Shown: positions 52,306 through 63,557, counted from the stretch's first letter. The stretch: DNA of 64,000 nucleotides from Dimorphilus gyrociliatus (GCA_904063045.1 CAJFCJ010000013.1:850156-914155); one strand, 5' to 3'. The notes: generated by a model not told the origin, from the sequence alone. Program-made: numbers and translations.

Positions 52306-52543
52306 AAAAAGAGATTACGCGCCAAATTTTTTTATTCAATTGTTTGTAAAAGAAACTCTTTGATATTTTGTAAAACAAAATGAGATTATACTTTTTTTAT
52401 TTTGCTATACTCTGCATTTTTTTAAAACAAGACATATCCAATTATGGAATATTTTTGTGATACATTTTCCCATTCCAAAATATACATTTTGCAAAATGTT
52501 CCTTTTCTTGTAAATACGAAAATAAGTAGTAAAAAAAAATCAA

Positions 52544-52999
52544 ATGGATCTCAACAAAGACGATCAACCGGGTGTTTCAAAAGAATCTAGCCCGAATTCC
52601 GAACCGAATAGCTCTTTAAATGGTAAATCGGAAACTAAGAAGATCGTTGCATCTAAAAAGACTGATAAATTACCCCCGCTACTCAAATCCAGATTAAAAA
52701 ATACGGTGGAGGAGGTTGCTAACCTATTATCGCCCATTAACATTGTCGACGATAATCGAATAACAATCAGGAATTTATCACATCGTGTGAATCAAGATCA
52801 TTTAAACGAAATTTTTGGAAAGTATGGGCCAATCGCAAATATTGACTTAAAGGAAGAATTTGCTGTGATAGAATACGAGACATTTGAAAATTCTCAAGAA
52901 GCAATAAAAAAGATGGATCAGGGATTTATCGACAGTAAACAGATTCTAGTTGAACCGTATTCCAGCGAAAAACAAGAAGAAATTGTTTTAAATCTATAG
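52544..52999 (+). CDS. Single-RRM protein, RNPS1-like RRM without RS domain, intronless
   Basis: ITIRNLSHRVNQDHLNEIFGKYG, FAVIEYE, AIKKMDQGFIDSKQILVE resemble the RNPS1 RRM pattern; real ATG in A-rich context. Confidence 0.7.
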   Translation: MDLNKDDQPGVSKESSPNSEPNSSLNGKSETKKIVASKKTDKLPPLLKSRLKNTVEEVANLLSPINIVDDNRITIRNLSHRVNQDHLNEIFGKYGPIANIDLKEEFAVIEYETFENSQEAIKKMDQGFIDSKQILVEPYSSEKQEEIVLNL

Positions 53000-53177
53000 A
53001 ACGTTGCGATACTCATAATTCGACTTTAAACTAGTGAACATGTATTAAAAGTTTCTTGGCATAGTTAAAAATGTACAATTGTCAAAAAGACTAGTTTAAT
53101 AGCAAGTTGTTGTGTTTTAAAATAATATTAATCTAAAAATAGTGGATTTGCTAAAAAAATAAACTCTTGCAAGCTAG

Positions 53178-56100
53178 CTACTGTCCGATAAGAAAGGCTT
53201 CTTTTTTGACTGGGTAAAGCGCAGTTTCTGTTTTCACGAACCAACATTTTACGTTTCCTCGATAAGTCAAAAGGGCTTCAAAGGGTCTATTATTCATAAC
53301 AACGACACCTACCCTTTGGCCACTTTGTACAGGTTCGTGAACATTTTGATAATTTCTTTTTACGTGTCCTAGAATTCCTCCTACGTGTTTGGTTAACCTT
53401 CGGTCAGGGATTCCGACATCTAAATGCTTTACTCCAAAGGCATGACTGCCTAGTTTAATTTCAACTTCTAAATCATCAGGATATTCGCCAGTTTGTATTG
53501 TTATTGCTTTTGTAGCTTGATCATATACCATTAGGATATCGCCAATTGTCAAGGCTCCTTCTTCTCCGTTAAATAACATAGACGTCTGTCTTACTCCATT
53601 AGTATCAACAACCACAGAGTTGCTAGGACTTTTCACGATCACTTTATGGAAGTAAAAGTCATCTAATAAAGTAGCCGAAACAGACCATCCTGCAGCAGTA
53701 TCATTCAGTAAAATGTAACTGTCTCCAGATTGTCCAAATAGATCAAAGCAAAGGGGCTTCAATGCAGTTGTATCTGGCCAAACAATAATATGAGGATCAT
53801 CTGTAATTTCTGATGATGTACACTTGCAGGGCATGCAGGTCATGTCATTAGTTGGATTATAATCGTTATACGATATTACATTTTCCGAGCCATCAAATTC
53901 AGATACAGCTTTAACGGAAACACATATCATCAAGTCTTTCCTTTTACAATCTTCTTGAGTCAGAGTCACCGTATAACGGGTTATAGAAACCCCTCTTGTT
54001 GTGCCGGCAAATAAGGTGGCTCCTTCCAGAGTTGCTTCATCAGCTTTTGGTTTACTGTTTGATTCAAGTGGGAAAACATATAATCGGTAGAAGAAGTTCT
54101 TCGAAGGAGGATTTTTTGGATATCCGATATCCTGATCACCAATATTCGCAATATCGGCAACAACCTCGACAATACTACCATCAGGTACAATTTCATAAGT
54201 TGTTTTTCCAGTCTCCTTTACTCTTAAATTGCTTATCATTACGTCCACTTTAGAAGTTTCGCATTCTATATCCATACACGCTAAATCATTAGCAGTATTT
54301 GGATCAATATAAGCAATAAAAGTTTCCGAATTTTTCAATACTCTAGCGGCTTTAGTGCAAACGCATATTTTATCACCACAATACGACTTGGAAAATTTAA
54401 TTGTTCGCTTAAGGCTAGCAGTTCTAGTTTGACCAACGTTCAAGGTAATATCGGATTCACTAGATGATACTTTGGGCCAAGCATTTCCAATACTTCCATC
54501 CAATCCTAACAATCCAACATGAAAAGCGAAATTGTCGGAAAGAGGCGATTGCGGATACGGTATGTTATCTCTTCCAAGATTCTTCAAATTTACTATTAAA
54601 TTCAAAGTAACGGAATCACCATTATTTGCATTGATGAAATATTTTGTTTCTTTAGAGTGCATTCTCAATGCAGATGTTTCAACATCAGCATAAACATCCT
54701 TAGAATCATCATATTTACATTCGATATCAATACAAGCCAAATCATTTTTCGTATTCGGATCAATATAAGAGACAAATGTCTCTGAATTTTGTAGTTGTCT
54801 CGCCGGTTTGGTACATAAACAAATTGTGTCTCCGCAAAACGACTTAGAGAATTTTACTTTTCGCAATAATGCAACTGTCCTCGTTTGATCCACGTCCAAC
54901 TGCATATCAGAGTCTGGTGAATCAACTCTGGGCCATGAATTTCCAATAGTACCGTCAAAGCCCAAAATTCCAAGACGAAAGACAAAATTTTCAGTTAGAG
55001 GAGATGTAGGGAAATCAATATCGTCTGGACCCAAATTTCTTAAGTTTGCTCTTAAGTTAAAGTTAATAAATTGTCCATTTTCAGGATTAACAATTTCAAA
55101 GCGTTGATTTCCAGATTCCATTCTCAAATTCGAAGTTTCTACATCCGACTGAACGTCAATAATTGGATCAAGCTCACAGGAAATATCCATACATGCCAAA
55201 TCATTCTCTGTGTTCGGATCAACGTACGCAGCTCGATTTTTACCATCAATAAACAGTTTGGTCGATTTAGTACAAAGGCAGATTTTATCACCGCAAAATG
55301 ATTTCGAAAATTTTACTTTTCTAGTCATCGTCACAGTTCTTGATTCACCGCGATCCAAGCTTATATCAGTATCGGATGAAGAAACTTTTGGCCACGAGTT
55401 ACCAACTGTTCCATCGAGTCCAAAAATTCCAACTCTAAATACAAAGTTGTCAGAGAATGGCGAAGTTGGAGAGTCAATGTCATCAGGTCCCAAATTTCTG
55501 AGTCTGGCTCTTAATTCGATAGTAATTGTATCTCCATTTTCGGCAGACATTCCATAAACAATTTCATTATTCATTGTTCTCAATTGCGATGTTTCAACAT
55601 CAGCATTTGTCAAAGGATTTGGTTGTGGACAAACGATATTCATGCAAGCCAGATCGTTGGCAGTATTCGGATCGATATAAGCGATATGAGTTTTACTGTT
55701 TTTCAAGATTCGGGCAGCTTTGTTGCAGAAACAAATTTTATCGCCGCATAGGCTCTTTGAAAATTTGATCTTTCGCGACATTCTTATAACTCTGCGTTGT
55801 CCGTCATTCAATGATATATCTGTATCAGAAGAAGACACCTTTGGCCAACTATTACCAATTGAGCCATCGGCGCCAAGAATTCCGACTCTGAAAACAAAGT
55901 TATCATTCAATGGAGACTGTGGAGAGTTGATGTCGTCTGGTCCAAGATTATCAAGTTCAGATCTAAATTCAAGAGTGAGCGTTTCGCCGTTGTTGGCTGT
56001 AATCTCGTAGTCATTTCGATTGCTACCAGTTCGTAAGTAATTTACTCTAACATCAGCCATTGGGGTTGAGTCACTATCGCATTCGATTAACATACAAGCC

Positions 56101-59080
56101 AAATCGTTTCCTGTGTTTGGATCTACGTAGGCAACTTCATTCTTTCCATTAGAGAAGACTTTCTTAGGTTTGACGCACAAACAAATTCTATCTCCGCACA
56201 TTGATTTAGAGAATTTTATTTTCCTTGTCATGTATACGGTTCGCGATTGGCCGTGATTGAGACTGATGTCGGTATCAGCAGAACTGGCCTTGGGCCAAGT
56301 GTTTCCAATTTGTCCGTCGAAACCCAAAATTCCAACAAGGAAAACAAAGTTTTCCGAAAAAGGACTTTGAGGAGAGTCAATATCACTGTCTCCAAGATTT
56401 CGTAATCTTGCCTTAAGGTTAAGAGTAACGCTATCACCGTTATCAGCATCAATTTTGTAGACATTGTCATCATTTTTAGTTCGAAGATTAGAAACTTCAA
56501 CGTCGGAAACCCCAACAAGATTTTCACCATCACAAACAAGCTTCATACAGGCCAAGTTATTTGCAGTATTGGGATCTATATAAGCTACATAACTTTTTGA
56601 ATTTTTAAACATTCTCGTTGCTTTTACGCAAAGACATATTTGATCGCCGCAAAGTGATTTAGAAAATTTAATTTTTCTAGTCATCTTGACTTCTCTCATT
56701 TGTTGATTATTAAGCGTTATGTCTTTCTCAGACGAAGACGCTTCAGGCCAAACATTGGCTGATGTTCCATCAAGACCAAGTAGACCAACACGAAAAGAAA
56801 AATTTTCAGTCAACGGAGATTTGGGATATCCAATATCTTTATCGCCGAGATTCTTAAGTCTGGCTTTCAATTCAAGTGTAACTGTTTCACCATTATTGGC
56901 GTTAACTTGATATTCAAAATCACTACTGAAAGTTCTCAGGTCGACAGCTTCAACATCTGACAAACCATTATCGCAGACAATATTCATACAAACTGCATCG
57001 TTGCTCGTATTTGGATCGTTATATGCAATGTAGGTTTTACCATTTCTAAATACTCTTGAACTCTTGACACAGAGACAGATTTTGTCGCCACATAACGATT
57101 TCGAGAATTTAATTTTTCTTGACATGTAGAAAGTTTTGTGTTGACCTTCGTTCAGACTGGCTTTGGTGTTTGACGACACTTTGGGCCAGTTGCCTGCCGA
57201 TGATCCGTCTAAACCTACTATACCAACTTGCAAGACGAAATTATCGGTCAGAGGAGACTGTGGTGAACCAATATCGCCTTGCCCCAAATTTTTCAATCTT
57301 GCTTTCAAATCAAGTGAAACTATTTCGCCATTATTGGCATTTATCACATATTCATTATCATCGTTGAATCTCTGCAAGTTAGATGCCATTACATCAGTAA
57401 GCCCGTCGGTTTTCGAGCACTTAATTTTCATGCAGGCCAAATTGTTACTGGTGTCTGGATCCGTATATGCAATATAAGTCATTCCATTAACAAATTTTCT
57501 CATGGCTTTAACGCACAAACAGATTGTATCACCACATAACGACTTGGAGAAAGTAATATCACGTTTGAAGGAAACTGTCTTGGATTGGCCATTGTTTAGA
57601 GATATATCGGTATCTGAAGAGAGTGCTTCAGGCCAAACATTTCCAATAGTACCATCAAGGCCAAGTATTCCAACGCGAAATACAAAATTTTCCGATAATG
57701 GATTTGTCGGAGAAGATACATCACCATCTCCCAGATTTGTGAGTGTTGCTTTCCAGTTAAGGGTAACTTTATCACCATTATCGGCGCTTATTTCGTATTC
57801 ATTTTCATTATCTACAGTTCTTAAGTTTGAAGCTTTAACATCTGAATCAGTTTGAATATTATCAGCTTCGCATACGATATCCATACAATCCAAATCATTG
57901 TTTGTATTGAGATCAGTATAAGCCAAATGTGTTTTTCCACTCGAAAAGTGACGTTCAGCTTTGACGCAAGCACAAACTTTTGAGTTACATAACGATTTCT
58001 TAAATGTAATATGACGATAAAGAGAAATAGTCTTTGTTTGTTTGTTATATAAGGTTGTACTACTATCACCGGAAGATGCCTTGGGCCATGTATTTCCGAT
58101 TGATCCATCTAATTTCAAAAGTCCAAGTCTAATATCGAAATTATGGTTTAGTGGAGCTTTTGGAGAATCAATATTTTCTGTTCCATGATTTTTAAGGTTG
58201 ACTTTAAATTCCAATTTAATATTTTGACCTTCATCAGCATTTATATTATATTTAACACCATCAGTCTTTGTCCTCAGATTTGACACTTGTACATCAGATA
58301 CACCTGAGGGTGATAAAATACTAGTTAAGAGATATTTCTTATAATAATAAGATAAGTTTTACCTGTAGCAGGAGCAGAATTGCAAGTTACTTTAATACAA
58401 GCTAAATCATTCTCCGTGTTTTGATCCTTGTAAGCGATATAAGTTTTATCTTTAAAAACTCTTGTAGCTTTCACGCATAGACAGAGAAAATCATCGCAAA
58501 GAGATTTTTTGTACATGACTCGTCTTTTAAGCTCAATAGTCTTAGATTCTCCATTTTTTAGTGTTATATCGCTGTCGGACGACGCCGCTTCCGGCCATGT
58601 ATTACCAACTGAACCGTCCACCTTTAGAAACTGTTAATGGTAACATACAGATTAATAATATTAAATATAAACTTTTAACCAATAGATAACTTACTCCGGC
58701 AAGAAGTTCAAAATTATCAGTAAGCGGCAAAGATGGTGTCAATATATCGTCATTTCCTAAATTCTTTAAATCTGCCTTAAGTTCAAATGTCAGGTATTCA
58801 CCTTCGTTCGCATTTACGTTGTAAGTATTCTTTTCATCAGACGTTCTCAAGTTCGAAACCTTCACGTCTGCTATTGTATCTTTTAAGGGGAAAAAATAAA
58901 AAGATACATTATTAATAAACAATTCGAATAAAGTCAAAAAAAAGAGAAAGAGAGAGAATAGAATGGAAATATTCATGCAGAATAAGAACGTATTAGAAAC
59001 AAAAAGTATATATATTTACCAGCTAACAATCCCGATAAGAAGCTTAAAATTAAAGCCAAAAACAGCCCTCGCAGTGCCAT
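53178..59080 (-). CDS. Secreted 1879-aa protein: signal peptide, 11 tandem ~150-aa Cys-containing repeats, DPH site and ITIH-C-like terminal domain
   Basis: Exons 59080-59020 (MALRGLFLALILSFLSGLLA), 58879-58695, 58630-58363, 58303-53178 sum to 5640 nt in frame. Repeat consensus sDVexsNLRT..y.i.A.NG..v...A.L.NLG..DI..P..P...NF.F.vG..g.DG..gn.WP.....L..G....R.i.FsKs.CgdxiCxC........Y.DPnt.NdlaCm.i.C. Confidence 0.9.
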
Positions 59081-59598
59081 TTTTTTGCTTGATTTAAAAC
59101 TTTATTTGAAGAAAATTCTTCTCTTAATTTAACATTTACTTGAAATATCGAGCATTTAGTAAATAACTAACAAAATCCTGGGTATTTATACAAAGTTGAG
59201 TGTTCTTAACAGTTTGTCGAGTTTGATAGTTTTTATGTTGAAGTTGTACTAGCTTAATTAAATACTTTAGGTCTTTCAAAATGGCTTCTAAAAGTTAAGT
59301 TATAAGTAATATCATTTGTTTCAAATTGATAGTGTACGCGTTCAAGTGAGTAGTGTCACTGAAAGTTACTCAAATTTTTTAGCATCTAAACAGCTCGAAC
59401 AATCATCGGCTTAGAAATAGAACGAAAATTTTCTAAAAATAGTTTGATTAGAAAAAAAGTAACGCATTTGAAATTATCTAGACGCCTACGTAATCGTAAA
59501 TATGAATAAGACGAACACCAGACAGTTTGAACTGTAAAATACTCTAGTTTGACGCATTAATTAATTATACGTTCTTATGAGTGTCGCATCGCCTTTGC

Positions 59599-59655
59599 TA
59601 TATAAACAGCGAACGCTCATTCGAGAGACGCTACGGCCTAAGTATCTTCTACGAG
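59599..59655 (+). promoter_or_regulatory. TATA box and non-coding first exon of the calcitonin-type gene
   Basis: TATATAAA at 59599-59606, Inr-like TCATTC at 59617-59622, donor GAG|GTAAGT at 59655, and acceptor TTTCAG at 59841 just before the ATG at 59855. TATA-Inr spacing is shorter than usual. Confidence 0.45.
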
Positions 59656-59854
59656 GTAAGTTTTCCGTGCTATATTTATCCTTTTCAGTAGAGAAAGATA
59701 GGTGTTAGAAAGGAAAAAACCAAAGTGCCAAAAAGAAATTGGCAAATTTTACTCTGGAGATTCTACATTTTATCTAATTATTCAATAAATGAATTTAATT
59801 GAGCTCTTCTCTTTCTCCAAGATTTATTTCCATTCTTTCAGAAACGCTCGCCAA

Positions 59855-60830
59855 ATGAAAAGTATCCTGTTTATCTTCGCCGCTCTCCTAATAGGCGTTC
59901 TCTTCGCGGATAAAACGAAGGAAGAGGCGCTAGGGTAAGACAATTTTATTCCCTAAAATCTACATAAATATATAGATATACATCAAAGATTTTATATATA
60001 TATATATATTGTGTATAATGTATACGTGAGAATTAGTAGAGAATGACTGATGAAGGTATTAATGACGTCAGTTTTGCCCCTTATCTTTCTTTATACAACT
60101 CGAGCGGCAACTTGCGATAGATGTTGTAAGGCTTCATTACATGTTCATTTTCTACTGTTTTTTTTTTCTTCCTTATCGACAACCTTAAAAACTGTCGGTA
60201 AAAGCATCAGAGTTTACGGAGTAATTAAGTTCATTGAACGATCTTTTCATTTGTTTATTCCGTATTCTTTTTTTATCCTATCAATGTGTATCTATCCCCT
60301 ATTCAGTTTTCCGGTTTCAATTAGTTTATAATTATGTAAATCTTAGATACAATTCGCATTGTATAAATATATTTTGTCAAATAAATAGTGCACTTAAACA
60401 AATGGACGAAAGTCGAAGAGGAATCGGAGCACTCCGTATGGTTATGGACGAAATCGAAACGGATATATCAAGACAAAAGTACGTGTTTTTCCAATATATA
60501 TATATATATATGTATATATTTATATACATAGGATAATAGTTTAATCTTCTTCTCTTTCTCTCTTCTCTTAATGATAAATTCTTATTCAAACATTAATATA
60601 TTTGTATAAAAATGTATAATTTAAATGCATAAATTAAAGGAAGGTGGGGAAATTAGATAATAAATATACAATAGAAGTGTAAATCATTTAGGAGAAATCC
60701 GTGTCACATCGGCTTGGGCAATACTTACCAATGCGCATTAGCTACCTTGGAAAATGAACCAGGCGTCAATGTAAACGGTCCAAATTCGCCAGGCAAAAGA
60801 AGGTTTTTAAACAATAGCCAAAACCCCTAG
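59855..60830 (+). CDS. Calcitonin-type neuropeptide precursor, isoform A (102 aa); mature NPCHIGLGNTYQCALATLENEPGVNVNGPNSP-amide
   Basis: Exons 59855-59934 (signal MKSILFIFAALLIGVLFA), 60389-60478, 60692-60830. The splice creates a K|R dibasic site; peptide has an N-terminal Cys pair and ends P-G-KRR; 309 nt in frame. Confidence 0.8.
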
Positions 60831-61558
60831 ACAAAAATTTTCATCCTTCCTTCCAACTCAAAATGATACAAATATTTTTTTTTAATATATACATATAAAA
60901 GGAGGAACAGAAATGAAGTTTATATTATTTAAATAAGCTATCTTCATTTCCTTTCCTCTCAACATATTCTTAATGATTTATTATACATATAGAGAGATTC
61001 GATGATCATGTCCCTTTCCCTTACAAAAATATAAATTCTTTCCTTATCCAATATTGTAAAAATATTCCATTGACATTTTCCCTTACTTATTCTATTCTAC
61101 TCTATCTATCTATCTATTTCTCTTTCTCTCTTTTTCTTCTTCTTCCCCTTCTTCTTCTTCTTCTTCTTCCCAGTAATTAATTTTATAAGTATACAAGATT
61201 TATGTTTATATTCGGAGATTGAAAAAATGAAAAAAATATTGATTATGGGACAGGAAAAGGATAATAAAAAAAAATTATTAATGTATATATATATATATAA
61301 AAATATATATACATAGTGTATAGATTGTATAGAATTTTTATCTAGTTAGTTAGATATTGTCTCTTATCCATAAGGAAAATAATTGCTTGTTTTACTCATC
61401 TTTTCTTATTGGGCAGCGAAAAAATTTCTACCGTTAAGAGAAAGCAAAAAGCATTAGGCCTTATCCGGAAATTATTATCAGAGATGGATAACGATTTAAT
61501 AAGCGAACAGTAAGTTATTACTTGTTTATGTTTAAACAGAGTTGATTGATATATACTA

Positions 61559-61593
<35 letters not shown>

Positions 61594-62165
61594 TGTGTAT
61601 TTATACAAAGTAGATCTCTTATATATATATATATATATATATACTACTACTACAATAGTAATATACAGTATATTGTATAGTAATCAACTTATCGGAAAAA
61701 GTTAATAAAAATCAAATAGGTTTTATTGGCAGATCTTTATACAAAAAAAGAGTTTTTTTCTAAATAGAAAACGTACGTGTGTAGTAAATTTGGGAGGACA
61801 TTGTTCAACGGAGCATGCAGCCGCTGTTGCCCAACAATGGCATTATTTAAATAGTGCGATGAGCCCTGGTAGGAAACGAAGAGATACAAGAATGTTCAAG
61901 AAACTTGTTGACGGCTCAGTAAGTATTTTCTCATATTTTAAACTCTCCCCTATCCTCCCTCCTAGCTCCCTTTCCCCATTCTTCACACCCCTTCACCATT
62001 CATCAAACTTTCCCTGTAAATAAGCAACTTTATATTGGCCATTTACTTTTTTTTTATAACATTTTATCCCTCCCCTCCCCCCTCACCTATTTAAATTATT
62101 TGCATTTATTGTACCTTGTTGTTTTACACCTGCTTTCTTTTCAGCTCATACGAGAGGTTGATTGA
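59855..62165 (+). CDS. Calcitonin-type neuropeptide precursor, isoform B (114 or 144 aa); mature TCVVNLGGHCSTEHAAAVAQQWHYLNSAMSP-amide
   Basis: Exons 59855-59934, optionally 60389-60478, then 61417-61509, 61768-61918, 62145-62165. KR-peptide-G-RKRR, 31 aa with N-terminal disulfide loop and C-terminal Pro-amide; all splice phases compatible. Confidence 0.85.
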
Positions 62166-63557
62166 AAGGAAAACAAAAGACATCTTCAAATATTTATAAA
62201 TCTTTTCCTGTCAAAAAGAAAAAAAAGAATAAAATTTGTATTGTAGATGGCGATAGGACTTGTCTTTAGTGTTTTATTAAGAGAGAAAAGCCTTTAGGTA
62301 TTCTAGACGGGTATAAAATTGAAAAAAAGAACTTGAATCGTTTTTCAAGGGCCATCCATCAAAAAAAGAGTCTGTAGTTCCAAACGAACATCTTGAATGA
62401 ATGAATAGACTCTAGTCTATTTAGTGACCGGTGTCACAAAGGACACGTGAGAAAGGTCAAGTTAGTTAAATAACGAAAATCTGAAGAATCGTCTATATTA
62501 GCGGGAGGAAATAGAATGGGAAAGGAGAGAAATTTCAGTTCAATTATTGAAGTTCAATAGAAATTATATAATAAGTAATTAGGGAGATAGTGGCTATTCA
62601 CTAAAAATTTACTACTTTAATAAGGTATGAGACCCCCTAGATAGAGAGAATTACGTAATAGAAGAATGATCTACTTCGTAGTATATCTCTCAGCTGGCGT
62701 GCATTTGAACAGAATTCAGAAAGAAATAGCATATGAATAAAAGCAAAGCCCATTATAAACAACATTTGCCAGGGTCTTTACCGACTTCCTGCTAATACAA
62801 TCCAGTAAGAAAGCTTCTAGCAGAATACAATCGAAACCTTTTTTATGAACGTTCCAAAATTGGGTGTACAAATTGTAGACCAAATATTCTTTATGAATAC
62901 CTTATAAAGTTCCTCTAGTCTCTTTTTTATATATTAATAGATATATTGTATATAGAGGGGAAGGGTTGGAGAATGAGATGACGGATTGAAAAAAATATTT
63001 GGTATAGGGGATAGTTTGGAAAAATCAATGTAATCTGGCGCAAAAAATAATTCAAATGTCCAATAGCCGCGATTCTTACTATAATACGAAATCGATTCCG
63101 AAACGTTAATCAAAGCGCACGAAAACGGTCAATTAATAGGGATTAGGCCGTAGAAGAAAAAAAAAGGGCTTTTCGAAATCAATACGCCATACTCCAAAGG
63201 GTTCCTTTCTTTCCTTCTCTCCCGCCTTCGAATAGCACAGTTTTGAACATAGGACGACGAAAGAAAGTCAGCTAGCCCGTAAAATTCGTAAATAATACAA
63301 CGATAGCCCATAAGCGCAGGTGCTGTATATTTTGGAGTGGTTAATGTGTACGCTCTTGAACACTTCAAAAGATTCCGACTGAACCGATAGACGGCGTTGT
63401 TAAAAATAAATTTCGTCGGTCCGCTATTCTTGTTTTCATATATCGACCAGATTGAACGCGGCCGTCGCACAGACAAGTGGCGAAATTGTACGCTGACCGT
63501 TCAGGTGTCCTATTCACCTGGTCTTATAGGCGTTCTCTATTGAAAGGATTACGAAAG

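Noticed and set aside
55071-58108. Many overlapping short ORFs with repeated wording on the opposite strand or in alternative frames
   Set aside because: They are shadows of the tandem-repeat CDS and have no independent signals.
63129-63476. 115-aa minus-strand ORF upstream of the RASSF-like gene
   Set aside because: It has a non-ATG start and no domain, and it overlaps the probable promoter or 5' UTR of the RASSF gene.
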